Below are positions 12,861-25,189 of a stretch of DNA of 64,000 nucleotides, one piece after another. The DNA lies in assembly GCF_037042905.1 (NCBI RefSeq), contig NC_087249.1, forward strand, positions 7,874,001 to 7,938,000. The letters run 5' to 3'. Position 1 is the first letter of the stretch; each line of letters begins with the position of its first letter. The translations under genes and the position numbers were made by a program. The notes below the pieces were generated by a model. That model was not told the DNA's origin. It saw only the letters and a list, made by a program, of their open reading frames with translations, and ran no database searches. The stretch comes from Lytechinus pictus (lineage: Eukaryota).

Positions 12861-13541
12861 CTAAATTATAAAAATAAGAAAAACAAAGATAGCAATATAT
12901 ATTTGGTATGTTTTATAATGTGATGATATAGGACATACGCATAAACAAATGTCAACTAAAATCTAAATTAATTCGCGATCATTAACTGTACCATTCTATC
13001 AACAATATTTTCTAATTGTCTTTATTGTGAATTTGTGTCACTCAGTTACTTTCTGACATGCCAATTACTGAAAGCGTTGCTTTCTGTTAATCTCTGGAGT
13101 ATCAAAGTTATAATAACAGTCGAGAATTTAAACGCACACAGCCATGTCTGTCGATCTTAGGGGATGAGGTATATATCCTTTCCCCAATGACTTAATATGA
13201 TTATGTAAAAATGAAATTAGTCCCTTGATAGAGGAAAATAATGAAAGCAGTGAAAGTTTACCCCTTTAACAGTTTAAAATGTTCAAAGCGATGGCAGTTC
13301 ATGATTTGGGACATTGAAGGCGGAAGTACATTTATGCTCTCATTTGGTCGTTTTCTCAACATATGATGTCATCGCTTTTTAATTTTTAAGCTCACAAATT
13401 TTCAGACAACAACCTTTAAAATCAAAAGAACAAAATACAAATTGCGACATGGAACTTCTTTATAACATTGAGACAGTCATTATTCTACATTCTGCTTGAT
13501 TTTTTTTTAATTTAGTAAACTAAATGTAATATAATCTGTAC

Positions 13542-13607
13542 CTGAAATAGATCTGAGTCAAACGTGTCCATCTGTAGTTCGTGCACACGTCTGCGAAAGG
13601 AATGTGC
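13542..13607 (-). CDS. Gustatory receptor-like gene A, exon 2
   Basis: tgcag|AHSFRRRVHELQMDTFDSDLFQ|gtacag. 66 nt, phase 0/0. Paralogous exon at 32108-32173. Confidence 0.88.
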
Positions 13608-13640
13608 CTGCATTGGAAGGAAAGAACAGAAAGAAATTAA

Positions 13641-14225
13641 AGGAGAATTAAACCTTTGGAACAAGATAGCTTGTGTGAAAACAGAAAAATCATAGAAACA
13701 GATCAACAAACGTTTGAGAAAAATCGGACAAATAATGAAAATGTGATGAGCATTTGAATATTGCGATCACTAATGCTATGGAGATCCTAAAATTGGCAAA
13801 GGGACAAAGATGTGTGATGTCACTTGTGAACAACTCTCCCCATTACTTTAGTATATATTTCACTTAAATTGCCTGTTTTATCACATCTATCAGTAGATCA
13901 TGTGTTCTTTCTATAGGAGGGCATGTAATACAGATTTTTAAAGAATACATCATGGATAAAAAGTTTGTATCACCATAAGAAAAAGCAAAAAGAGACATTT
14001 TGAGGGTGTTTTATAGTCCATCAAAGGGAAAGTTGTTCACATGTGACATCACACATCCTTGTCGCATTGCCAATGGGAGGATCTCCAGAGCAATAGTGAT
14101 TGCAATATTCAAATGCTCATAACTTTCTTATTATTTGTCTGATTTTTCTCAAACTTTCTCTGTTCTTATTCTTTTATTTTTCTCTTTCGACACAAGCCTA
14201 CTTGTTCCAAAGGTTTCATTCCCCT
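13641..14225. mobile_element. Kolobok-like MITE in Grl-A intron 1
   Basis: TTAA TSD (13637-40, 14226-29). AGG...CCT termini. Long imperfect TIRs (aaacctttggaacaag / cttgttccaaaggttt). Confidence 0.75.
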
Positions 14226-14969
14226 TTAACTGTTTCTTCGTTTTTTGATTAATCACCCAAGTCTACAGGAGAATAATAACATACATATATACCAATATAT
14301 TTTGAAACTAAATACCAGTTGTGGTAACGATATCAAAACGAGTTCGAACAGAATCCAATAAAATGACCACCCAAGTGTTTGTGTGTATAAACACAAAATA
14401 TATGCGCGAAATTGCTCTGGAAGAAAATGCGTAATTGCTGAGAAATGAGCAAAATAAGCACGAAATTCTATCAAATCTCGGGTATTTTTCAAGTTATGTT
14501 AATACACTGTCCCACATATGCTTTTCTGTATTTTTGATCATCAGGATTATCGATTTTTAGCTAAGATTTCATGATTTCACAAAGATAATTTTACATTAAT
14601 GTACCAGATCTAGATATATGATAATATGGGGACAATTAACCTTGATTTAAAAGACTTTCTTATGAAATAAATGTTTGCTGCTATAATGCTTTCTTTCAAC
14701 TTTAATGTAAGGAATTCACGGGTGCTTTCGATTTATTTTCTTTATTTTGTTTTGTTTTACATTTATGAGTTAAAGATTCAATTTAGAGGGGAATTCTTTA
14801 ATGTCTAACATTACATAACATGCTATCTACGTTTATGTATTTGATTACTCAAGATTTATCTTCTTTCATTTAAATAGCTCCATTTCCGAGGTTGGGTTCC
14901 CTTTACAATGACTAAAATGAATCTACAACTTTATCCATGTCAAGAAACATAGGCCTAATTAAAGTCTAA

Positions 14970-16100
14970 AAGATAGCCTCCAAAAGATTCAAAATCGGGC
15001 AGCTCGCGTTATCAATAATACCCCCTGGGATTCATCTAAATGAACTAAATTGCGATACACTTGAAAAGAAAAGGAAAGAAAGTGTTGCACTAATGATGTT
15101 TTACATACTCAATAACTTAGCCCCTTCATACCTAATCAATAGATTTTCCCTTAAAGAAAGATCACATAACACAAGAAGTGGGAATCTCAATTTGGAAATA
15201 ATGCAAATAAAGACTGAATCTGCAAAGCGCATGTTTATGTACAGAGGCGCCAGTATTTGGAACTCGTTGCCCACAGATATTCAAGCGGCACAAACGAAAC
15301 ACAATTTCAAGGCAGGTCTTAAGAGATTATCTTTGTGATGTGGATCACAATGACTATTATTCTGTTTAATTGTATTTATGAAACATCAACAAACAATTTT
15401 CTATTTACTGTTCCCAGTACATGTATTAGATTGTAATCATTTCATAGGTTTTGCTTTATATATGGCAAGCTTCAGTATTACCCAAGTTTTTAATGCTTTA
15501 TAATTATGTTCAGTACATGTTTAGTGTTCATAAATTTTCCAGTTATTTTTATGTGTTTAGCTTTTAACATTGATAAATCGTGTATTCATTTTCTTGTGCT
15601 CGATTGTCCATTATAGAAACATGAATTTACTTTGACATTTTACCTTTTCATGTTCACATTTATTACTACCTTGTATGCATGCACTGCTTTGTTCGAATTA
15701 CCGATAGATATTTCATTTTGTATATTACTGATGTTTTTTAGAACGGTATATCATTTCTTCGTCTTCTTCTTATTATCATTATTATTCTTTTTCTTCTTTT
15801 CTTCTTCTGTTTTCTTCTCCGTTGTCTTTTTCTTCTCCTTCTCCCTTTTCCCTTCTTCTTCCTCCTTTTTTCTTCTCCTCCCCTCCTCTTCACCTTTCTA
15901 TGATTCCTTTGTAATATTTAATTGATGCTTCTGTTTAGGTTAACATATTTTTTTTCATATATATTGTTCGTTAAAACACTGGTTTTAAAATGTTTACTAT
16001 GTCAATTGCATATTATGTTCCACACGGCCCCAATGGAAATCAGTCTGTGAACTGTATGGGCTTTTTAACCGTGTATAAATAAAATCAATCTCATCTTATC
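14970..16100 (+). mobile_element. 5'-truncated LINE 3' end (ORF2 C-terminus plus 3'UTR)
   Basis: LQKIQNRAARVI, then HNTR and WNSLP motifs (ORF 15093..15338). Ends in aataaaatcaatc. Confidence 0.8.
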
Positions 16101-17109
16101 TTCTTTTCTCGTATTTGTCGTAGTTTTATGAATTCAAGTAAAGCTGGGCCTTTAAATTATACTAATGATTCTATATGAATTTTCCTATAGCTCTATTTCA
16201 AAGTGAATCAATATTTCTGCCCTATACACGGTGAATGAAAAAGAAATGTGCCACCAATTTGAAGTTATCTTGTCTGAAATAGAAACATTTAATCATTGAT
16301 TTATTGATTGGTTGAGGGGCTCGTAACACAAAGCTTCGCAATTATCGTAGAACATTTTTCTACGATTGATTGCATTGACTACAATGTACAATCGATTGTG
16401 AAAATGAAGCGTACGATTAATCGCTAACCTTTGTGTTACGGTACCCTGGTAGATCCTCCCTGCATATTTTGGTAACAGTTTCATATGGATCTTAGCGGGC
16501 GTGACTGACTACGTGACTGACTACTCCAGAAGGTCCTTAAATCTCAGTTGCTCCAAGTTGCTGGGTGAAAAATGAAAAAAAAAAAGAAGTAATTTTATGC
16601 ATGCAGAAAGACACCTACCAACTATTCCACACACACACACACACACACACACCCTCACACACTCTCCCACCCGCCCGTACATACACATCCCCCTGCCAAA
16701 CACAACACAAGTCATTACCTCTCCCACACACCACCACCACCAACACCCCCACCCACACATGTGAAGGGCTCCACATAAGCAACTGCTTCCAAATCAGGCA
16801 AGCCATTTTTGAAGGTACAAGGTATAAAACAAATTAAGGCAGTTGTCCAATTGATGATCAATGACGTTACCAATAAGATAGGGGGAAATGCAAACACTGC
16901 TTAATTAAGTTTTTATAAAATGTTCAGGAACTGTGTATATGGGTGTGGGTAGGTGTTATGTGTGGGTGTGAGGGTGTGTGTGTGTGGGTATGTATGTGTG
17001 GAGGGATTGACAGTTTTTCTGCCTGCACGCGAGTATATTTTTTTTTTACTCATTTGCTTCTCACAAAAAGAAAGACAAAACTCACGTTGGGAATTATAGA
17101 CCTATTAGT

Positions 17110-18438
17110 GTGTTAAGCATAGTGTCGAAAATTTTGGAGAAATGCGTGTATTCTCAAATTGAGAAATACTTTAAAGAATACAAAATCATTTATGAATTTC
17201 AGTCTGGTTTTAGGAATGGTTATTCTACTGAAACATGTTTAATTCACTTGTTGGATTTTGTTAGGAATGAAATTTCCGAAGGCCGTTATGTTGGGATGGT
17301 TCTTCTTGACTTACAAAAAGCATTCGATACGGTTAATCATGAAATACTCTTAAAGAAATTAGAAGTGATGGGTTTGAATTCAGCATGCTTAAATTGGTTT
17401 AGGTCTTACTTGACCAATCGCCATCAAGTGGTATCCATGCAAAATGTACTTTCATATTCTATGCCTATAAAGTGTGGAGTTCCACAGGGGAGCATAGTAG
17501 GTCCCATTCTTTTTATGTGCTATATCAACGATATGTGTATTTGTGTTAATGAAAGTAAATTACTTTTATATGCAGACGACAGTGTTTTACTCTACTCTGA
17601 TACAAGTCCTAAGCTGATCGGTGAAAAACTTAGTTTAGAATTATCAAATTGTGTTAAATGGATGACAGATAACAAGCTTAGCTTACATGTTGGTAAGACT
17701 GAAAGTATTTTGTTTTGTTCGCGGGGTAAGTCTAAGCATACAGATGATTTCAATATATACTATAACAATCAATTAATTAAGAGACAGAATTCCGTGAAGT
17801 ATTTAGGCCTGATATTAAATAGTGATCTCTCATGTACATCTATGGTTGACTCTATTGTCAAAAAAGCTAATGCTCGCTTGAAATTTCTATACCGGTACCA
17901 AAATTGCATGATTACGAAATCCAGACGCATTTTAAGCTTTTCATTAATACAGTGTTTATTTGATTATGCTAATGCAGCATGGTACTGCAGTCTTGGAAAG
18001 GTTGATCAAAAAAAGTTTATAATTATTCAAAATAAGATTGTTAGATTTATTACTTGCTTACACCCAAGAACACATGTTGGGAAGAATGAAATCGAAAAAG
18101 CTGGCCTTCTTCGCATAGACTTGAGGTCGCAACAACTTATACTTCACCATGTTCATAAAATTTTCTATTCAAACGAATATCATTACATATCAAAAAATTT
18201 TACACGTTCATCTAATATTCACGGGCATGAAACAAGAAATAGTCTGTTTAACTTTGTTGTACCTATGAGAAAAGGTCAAATTGGTAATACATTTTATTAT
18301 AAAGGTATACATTTTTGGAATTCCCTCCCTAATCATGTTAAATCGGTTAAGACTTTTACACAATTTAAAAGAATTGTTCCACTTTATATGTTTGTCATTT
18401 TGCCTCCGACGAAGATTCTGCTAGGATCGAAAGCTTAG
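17110..18438 (+). pseudogene. LINE ORF2 reverse transcriptase domain (5'-truncated; C-terminus interrupted by an 82-bp insert)
   Basis: 442-aa ORF with RT motifs. Removing 18373-18467 restores the end FKRVLKQHLKNVPTL* (stop 18504-18506). Confidence 0.88.
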
Positions 18439-18454
18439 GCCCCTTTTTGACTTT
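18373..18454 (+). mobile_element. Short Penelope-like element fragment containing a minimal hammerhead-ribozyme motif
   Basis: 13-bp TSD acaatttaaaaga (18360-72, 18455-67). Internal GCCT-CCGACGA-AGATTCT.GCT.AGGATC-GAAAGCTT-AGGC. Confidence 0.7.
18402..18440 (+). ncRNA. Minimal type I hammerhead ribozyme-like motif
   Basis: Helix I GCCU/AGGC. Core CCGACGA (variant of CUGANGA). Helix II GAUUCU/AGGAUC. GAAA followed by palindromic AGCU in place of helix III. Confidence 0.6.
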
Positions 18455-19209
18455 ACAATTTAAAAGAGTATTGAAACAACACTTAAAAAATGTCCCCACT
18501 CTGTAATGTTAAATATTCTTTCTAATTTCATGTTTATCGTGTAGTCTTATATATAACTATTTAGTTATGATTTATTTAATAAACTTGTTTTACATTGTTT
18601 CATCATATTTTGTTGTTTGCGTGAAAGTTTGATGTCAAACTTATTGTACTTTTTCATATCTTAGGTTTTAAGATTCATGAATCTTGTATTAGTTACGATG
18701 CATTTAGCGCTACTTAAAAACTGATTATTAGTGTAATTCTCATATGTAACTTAGAAGTAATGATCGTTTACTCAACCTGTTTTACAATTATTTTAATCAT
18801 ATTTTGTGGACTGCGTAAGTGTTTGTCATGGCAAACTTATTTGTTTTTGTCATTTTATATATTAAGTTTTACAATTCATCGTGTAAATTTAATTGTCTAG
18901 ACTTAATTGATGTAGTTTGTAGATTTCTATAGGTGTTTTTTCATAGATGTACATTGTCTTCAATTACTGATGTAAGGACCCCATTGGAAATAAGCCATCT
19001 CGGCTTTCATGGGTAATCCTGTCAAGGTATACACTTCTGTTTATATTTCCTTGTACTTGTTCATAGTTACCTGACAAATAAAATCAATCAATCAATCAAT
19101 CAAGTCTTCTCCCAGTAACTTAGCGCCACTGAGATTTTTCGACCTTACCACATACATACGAACACAAGGGGTAGTGACAAAACCATGAATGGCTAAAGTG
19201 ACATTTTAC

Positions 19210-20337
19210 CTTTTCATGAACTCGCACTGAGAAATAAGACAGAAGTGACACATTCGTGGAACAGGAAAGGATCCAAAAAGACGTCAAACTAATGTAGAAG
19301 CCGCCGTCAGCAAGATAAAAGAGCTGATATAACAAAAAAATTATGAGCGGAATGTTCGTCGAGTAAATAACGCCTATAAGAGGAGAGAATACATCATCAG
19401 CAACCTCGACAGTGTGGCAAATGACAGCGTGTCTTCGCCGAAAACAACTCAGTGTCTTTTTATCAATACGATGGGGAGAGTTGAGAGACTTGTCGAATTC
19501 TTCTGACAAGTTCTCAAATTGCGACGATATGTTGTAACATATTAGCGAGTAAAGAGCGATCGGAAATATATAGGTAGCAATTGCAAAGCCTGCGAATAGC
19601 AAGTTGAAGCCGCAAAAGTATTCCGAAAGCCATGGCCCACAAATGCCACTTGAGCTCAATGGGTTTAGTCCGAAGCCAAATGTTAAGAACCCGAGTGAAA
19701 CAAAGTTGATAAGCGTGACACAAGTACATGTTATCGTTACAAAAATGGCCCATTTGTCGTATCTTTTGGAATTTTTGTGCCGATTCTCATAAATTTCGTT
19801 TTTCGTGTTAGGGGTCGTCTCATCCAGTGAGCAATGTGTTCGTCTTGTGTAGAGGGATGTCACTGAAGAGTTCCAATGATGCCTGAAGTAGGGCATGCAC
19901 TTTTCTTTGGCACACACTGCAAACATGACGGTATTGCAGAGAGAAACGATGTAAAAGAACACTTGCAATGTTATCTGATCTTGCTTGAACATTCCATACC
20001 TGTCATTCAGAACAATAGCATATGTCACCCGGATCGCATTCAGCCACAGGTATATACACACGAAGGCGTGGTATACCCGAGAAAGGCTATTCTGCCAACT
20101 CCTCGACCTCGGTGGCTCAGGATCAGCATCCGGAAACCTCTCTGAACCTTCAGTCTGGTCCTGGGTTTTGAGGGCGCCCTTGAAAGATGTTTCGTGATAG
20201 ACTCCGACGATCTTCAAGGCCAGAAGGAGTGGTTCTAACATCTCATTCCAAAGAAGAATTTCTTTCACATCATTCCTTGGAGGTTGATCTTGTTTGGTTG
20301 CAGATTCCATATTCCCAATAACATCAATACGATTCAT
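19210..20337 (-). CDS. Gustatory receptor-like gene A, exon 1 (376 aa; full model 465 aa: 20337-19210, 13607-13542, 12860-12768, 12606-12496)
   Basis: Long multi-TM ORF with FRRRHAVICHTVEVADDVFSP (Gr-type RxxHxxLxxxVxxxxxxFS). Ends VHEK|gtaaaa, a phase-0 donor at the same position in all three paralogs. Confidence 0.9.
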
Positions 20338-20714
20338 TTCAGAAGCTAGTGTCTCTTAACTGGTTACAGAAACATGCAAAGCACACTCCTCTTCGAGAAA
20401 TATGGGAGTAGTTTAAAGATTATACCCTATGGATCTTTTTAAATTATGCAGACGAATCGGCTAGGTGTTCGTGTCTATATCGAACCTTCTCAATAAAACA
20501 CCGTAATAGCAACTGACAATAACTCTTCACACCACAAAAGCTAAGTGAAATCTCGCCAATGATGTAAACACATAGGAGGTAATTGTCTTAAGTGCCCGTT
20601 GGATAATTAACCATGATTTTTCCAAATGAGTTACCCCACTAAAATGGACAAATTAATTAACCTAATGGCGAAAGTGGTAATAGCCTTTGTCATGTATGAA
20701 TCGAATTGATAATT

Positions 20715-21059
20715 CAGATTGATGTAACAAGAGATATTGACAGATCGCACCGCACAGGAAGAGCAAGGCCCCAGTCCTCAGACCATTCTCTATCGCCGCG
20801 TCCAATAATCGTGAAACTTACTTCATATAGGAAAAGGAAAGAAATACTTCAAAAGAGAAGGCTTCTGAAGGGGTCCGGCATCATCATCGTGGAGGATCTT
20901 ACTGTGAGAAATCAGAAATTGTTGAAGAAAACACGTGAACACAGTAAAGTTGTACAGTGTTGGTCATCCGATGGTCGCATCATCGCCCTGCTTCCAGCCC
21001 GAGGAGGGAAGACCATGACTAAGCTGATTACCTGCGAAGAAGATTTAAACAAACTATAA
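20715..21059 (+). pseudogene. LINE ORF1 C-terminal fragment (L1-ORF1-like RRM/CTD)
   Basis: IDRSHRTG...PRPIIVKL...LKGSGIIIVEDLT...WSSDGRI, homologous to ORF1 at 42974-43717. Confidence 0.85.
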
Positions 21060-21278
21060 ACTTAAAACGAACAGAACGCGATCGGAACAATACAAAAAAA
21101 GAAATGCATGTAATAAACATTTGTTCTCACTTCTTAAATGAATTATAATGTGGGTAATACCACACCTAACATATGTTTTACCCCGGTGAACTCCATGCAT
21201 GTTTTAATATTGCCTTTTTTTCACATCCTTATGTACTTTTATGAATATTGATGTTTTTTATTCGTTTGTCGTTGTTAA

Positions 21279-24200
21279 ATGTCTACCTGTAATTTTTTTA
21301 GAGAATGCCTAAACAATTGCAACCATGACTTAAACATCTTGCATGAATTTCTGTCGCTTGATAATTTAGAATTTTCTCCTTGTAAGAAATATTTTACACC
21401 TGATGAGTTTAACACATACATTGAGAGTAAAGCAAAATCAGCATATCCATTTTCATGTATCCACTTGAATTCGAGAAGTCTACTCAATAATTTTGATAAT
21501 ATCATTTTATTTTTAAACAGTGTGAAACTTAAACCTACAGTAATTTGTATCACTGAAACTTGGTTCCGGGAGCACACTATACACCCTTTGTGTAATATAG
21601 ATGGATATAGTTTTGAAGGCGTTAGCCGTTTATCAAGAAGAGGGGGAGGAGTTGGAATTTTTGTAAATAATAGTGTGCAATATGTAAGACGCTCCGACTT
21701 AGAACATAATGATAGTTGTATCGAAAGTGTGTTTGTGGAAATCGTCAATGATAATTCTGGCATTATTGTTGGTTCAATCTATAGGCCCCCAGATCAGTCA
21801 ATTGATGATTTTTTTGAGAGATGCTCAAATGTTTTAAGTATTGTAAATAATGAAAATAAAATAGTTTACTTATTAGGTGATTACAATATCAATTTATTAA
21901 ATGTGGGTAAAGTGCAATATGTTGATAATTTCATTAATCTATTGTTATCACATCATATGTATCCATTGATTGACCATCCTACCAGAATCACGGATGAAAC
22001 AATCTCTTTAATTGATAATATAATCACCAATGATATACACGCAGACAAAGTTGAATCGGGAATACTAATAACTGACATCAGTGATCATTTACCTGTATAC
22101 TCTATTAGCTGGAATGATGTTAAATCACAGCAAAATTTAGATAAACCGCTTCGAATAATCAATGACAATAGTATAAAGTGTTTCTTAAGATCCATTCCAA
22201 TGGTCAATTGGTCTTGCCACAATAACAATCCAAATGCAAATTACGTGCAATTTCTAGAGAAGTTTTTAAATGTATATAACTTATGCTTCCCCTTGGAATA
22301 TTTGAAGAAAAAACCTAAAAAGAATAAACCATGGATTAATTTTGATATTCGAAAGTTGTCAAAGAAAAAATGTCGTTTATATCGACTTTATCTGAAAAAT
22401 CCATCACCATATCGTAAAGAAGTGTACAGAAAATGTAGAAATAAAGTCAGTAATATGATTAAACAAGCTAAAAAACATTATTTCTTGGAAAGTTTTGCAA
22501 ATTCCAAAGGAAATATGAAAAAAACTTGGAATACTGTTAATTGTGCAATGGGTCGTGCAAATAAAAAGTGCAATATTGATTTTCTGAAATGTAATAATCA
22601 AGCATTATATGATACCTCTGCTATTTGTAATGTATTCAATGAATATTTTATCAATATTGTAACTGAAATGAATTTTCCTGTTGATCAGGGCAATAATTTA
22701 AATTTGAATTTTTGTAGATATTTGGATAGAAATCCAAGGACTTGTTTTTTCAAACCAATCACTTGTACCGAGATTATTGATATTGTGTCAAACATAAAAA
22801 GTGATTGCAGTCCTGGGTATGATGATATAAGTATCAAGGTTATAAAGAAATCAATACATATTTTATGTCAACCCCTTTGTGCAATATTCAATCAATGTTT
22901 AGATCTCGGTATATTTCCTGATGAATTAAAGATTGCTCGTGTTGTTCCTGTATATAAAAATGGTCCGAGTGAAAATGTTTCAAATTACAGACCCATATCA
23001 GTCTTGCCAATTTTTTCAAAGATTTTAGAAAAGTGTATATATAATAGATTATTTGATTTTATAAACAAGTGCAATATATTATCTCTACATCAATACGGTT
23101 TTCGTGCTGGTCATTCAACTTCTTCGGCTCTTATTGATTTTGTCCATACTGTTACCAACGCTCTTGATGATAAGAAATATTTGATAGCAATGTTTTTAGA
23201 TTTGAAGAAGGCTTTCGATACAGTTGATCACGCTATTTTATTGAACAAACTAGAATTGTATGGCATAAGAGGTAATGTACTTAAATTATTTAAAAGTTAT
23301 TTATCCAACAGAAAACAATATGTTGAAATATCAAAATGCAAATCACAGCTTAAGATTATCTCATGTGGGGTTCCTCAGGGTTCTATTTTAGGACCGCTCT
23401 TGTTTCTCCTCTTTATTAATGATCTTAGTAAAGTATCCAACTTATTACATTGTATTATGTTTGCTGACGACACTAGTCTGTTTTTATCTCATACAAACTA
23501 TCATGTTTTACACAATTTATTCAATTCTGAACTTGAATTAATATCTGAGTGGTTTTATGCAAACAAAATGATAGTTAATCTTGCCAAAACCAATTATATG
23601 ATTTTTAGTAATTTATTTTTACCAGATAGTCTTTCAATTAGAATGTGCAATACAGATATTAAGTGTGTAACGTCAGTAAAATTTTTAGGAGTAACAATAG
23701 ATAATAAGTTTACATGGAAAAATCATATTGATAATCTGTGCAATAAGCTTGCCAAAAATATAGGAATAATGTATAGATTAAGATCATTTCCCAAGGAGAT
23801 TTTAAAACTAATGTATTATGCCATTGTATATCCATACCTCAATTATGGTATTCTAGCCTGGGGAAGTGCAAGTAGCATTCACATTGATAGATTATATATT
23901 TTACAAAAACGTGCAATAAGAATTATGTCTCATGCTCCTTACCTTGCCCATACGAATCCTCTATTTGTTGAATTGAATGTATTAACATTTTATGATATTC
24001 ATGCATTTCAAATTCTTATATTTATGTATTTATGTAACAATAACCTCTTGCCAGATTACATCAAAACATTCTTTAAGTTCAATAGTGATTTCCATGGATA
24101 CAACACAAGAAATGCAAAGGATTTCCATCTACCTAAGCCAAGACTCTCATCTTTTAAAAACTCAATTTTATTTCAAGGACCACAACTCTGGAATTCTATT

Positions 24201-24281
24201 TCTGTAGACATCAAGCAATCAGTTTCATTAAATGTTTTTAAGTCAAAATCAAGGCAATTTATTTTAAATAGTAATTCATAA
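21279..24281 (+). CDS. LINE ORF2: apurinic-like endonuclease plus reverse transcriptase (intact, 1000 aa)
   Basis: EN motifs HLNSRSL, ITETW, GGGV, IYRPP, GDYNIN, IDNI, SDHLP. RT motifs NYRPIS, DLKKAFD, GVPQGSILGP, FADD, FLG. C-terminal HGYNTR. Confidence 0.96.
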   Translation: MSTCNFFRECLNNCNHDLNILHEFLSLDNLEFSPCKKYFTPDEFNTYIESKAKSAYPFSCIHLNSRSLLNNFDNIILFLNSVKLKPTVICITETWFREHTIHPLCNIDGYSFEGVSRLSRRGGGVGIFVNNSVQYVRRSDLEHNDSCIESVFVEIVNDNSGIIVGSIYRPPDQSIDDFFERCSNVLSIVNNENKIVYLLGDYNINLLNVGKVQYVDNFINLLLSHHMYPLIDHPTRITDETISLIDNIITNDIHADKVESGILITDISDHLPVYSISWNDVKSQQNLDKPLRIINDNSIKCFLRSIPMVNWSCHNNNPNANYVQFLEKFLNVYNLCFPLEYLKKKPKKNKPWINFDIRKLSKKKCRLYRLYLKNPSPYRKEVYRKCRNKVSNMIKQAKKHYFLESFANSKGNMKKTWNTVNCAMGRANKKCNIDFLKCNNQALYDTSAICNVFNEYFINIVTEMNFPVDQGNNLNLNFCRYLDRNPRTCFFKPITCTEIIDIVSNIKSDCSPGYDDISIKVIKKSIHILCQPLCAIFNQCLDLGIFPDELKIARVVPVYKNGPSENVSNYRPISVLPIFSKILEKCIYNRLFDFINKCNILSLHQYGFRAGHSTSSALIDFVHTVTNALDDKKYLIAMFLDLKKAFDTVDHAILLNKLELYGIRGNVLKLFKSYLSNRKQYVEISKCKSQLKIISCGVPQGSILGPLLFLLFINDLSKVSNLLHCIMFADDTSLFLSHTNYHVLHNLFNSELELISEWFYANKMIVNLAKTNYMIFSNLFLPDSLSIRMCNTDIKCVTSVKFLGVTIDNKFTWKNHIDNLCNKLAKNIGIMYRLRSFPKEILKLMYYAIVYPYLNYGILAWGSASSIHIDRLYILQKRAIRIMSHAPYLAHTNPLFVELNVLTFYDIHAFQILIFMYLCNNNLLPDYIKTFFKFNSDFHGYNTRNAKDFHLPKPRLSSFKNSILFQGPQLWNSISVDIKQSVSLNVFKSKSRQFILNSNS

Positions 24282-25189
24282 AGTTTCTTTGTATAAATTT
24301 CATTCAGGCATTATAGGCACCCCCCCCCCTTCGTTGTAGTTTAGTGATTTTTTTCTATCTTTGTTATTGAAGTCTTTGTATAATTATTATGTTATAGGGT
24401 CAGCTAATCACAAGGCTTGTTCCTTTCTTGCTGTCCCTCTCATAGTCAATCCAATGTTTATTTCTATTTGTTGTTGTTGTTTTTTCTATTTTGTGAATAT
24501 GATACTTTGTATATGTATGTTTTTGTATGGATTTTTATGAGCAAATAAATTGAAATTGAAATTGAAATTGAAATTGATAATTGATCGAGATGATGCTACC
24601 GCAGGAGTTTGTGGGTATAGATAATTAGGATGACTGGACTTTGTGTTCTTTTCTCTCTTTCCAACTCTGTTTAATTTTTTCCTCCCTATTTCTCTTAAAC
24701 CCCATTCCTCAGCTTCAGATGCCAATATGAGCGGGATTTAGTTCTCCGACTACGATCTTTTCTTATGAAACGCATAAATTTATCCAAATCTCACTGATTA
24801 AAAATAGAGAGATAGATAGATAGATTAGATAGATAGATAGATAGAGAGGAAGGGGTGGGGGTGGGGTGTGATATATATAGAGAGAGCCATGGGGGGTGAG
24901 ATGGATATAGTGAGAGGGGTGGGAGAAAGCAAAAGGGGAAAATGATTCCATGAGGTAATTGTATGTCTTCTCTGCTTACCATATTTACTTCAGTAAACAA
25001 CATTTATAAAGGTAAATGCTGTTTGTACTGAGCATTCTTCAATTTTTTAATTATTAATTTTCGGTTGATTGTATTCGAAAATGTTTTTTTTATTGTTGTT
25101 TAAAGAACCAATAATGGCAAGTTTACACTCACCATCCCCCTTCAACTTTCCATGTCTCTCTGCTGTTGTATATCTCTCTCTTTCTCTCT

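Larger units (their letters stand above)
17063..19103 (+). mobile_element. 5'-truncated CR1/L2-group LINE in Grl-A intron 1, antisense to the gene
   Basis: RT ORF (NYRPIS, LDLQKAFD, GVPQGS, YADD, KYLG, HETR, WNSLP), 3'UTR and aataaa(ATCA)n tail. Confidence 0.92.
20715..24571 (+). mobile_element. CR1/L2-group LINE, 5'-truncated within ORF1, with intact ORF2
   Basis: 11-bp TSD aattgataatt (20704-14, 24572-82). (TTGAAA)n tail. ORF1 C-terminal part plus a 1000-aa ORF2. Confidence 0.95.

Noticed and set aside
15632-16897. Phe/Ser-rich and His/Thr-rich ORFs
   Set aside because: They are translations of (CTT)n and (CA)n/(GT)n low-complexity tracts.
17057-19111. cttctc as the TSD of the intronic LINE
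   Set aside because: It is only 6 bp and is separated from the tail by 2 nt, which is too weak to assert.
19120-19209. ORF-track C-terminal extensions of the Grl first exons (also 32659-32667 and 50446-50478) as single-exon genes
   Set aside because: Similarity among paralogs stops at the shared AAG|gtaa donor. The extensions are intron read-through and lack TM7.
19120-20337. The three multi-TM ORFs as GPCRs
   Set aside because: They lack GN, DRY, CWxP and NPxxY motifs. The downstream TYxxxxxQF exon and the intron pattern indicate the unrelated Gr superfamily.
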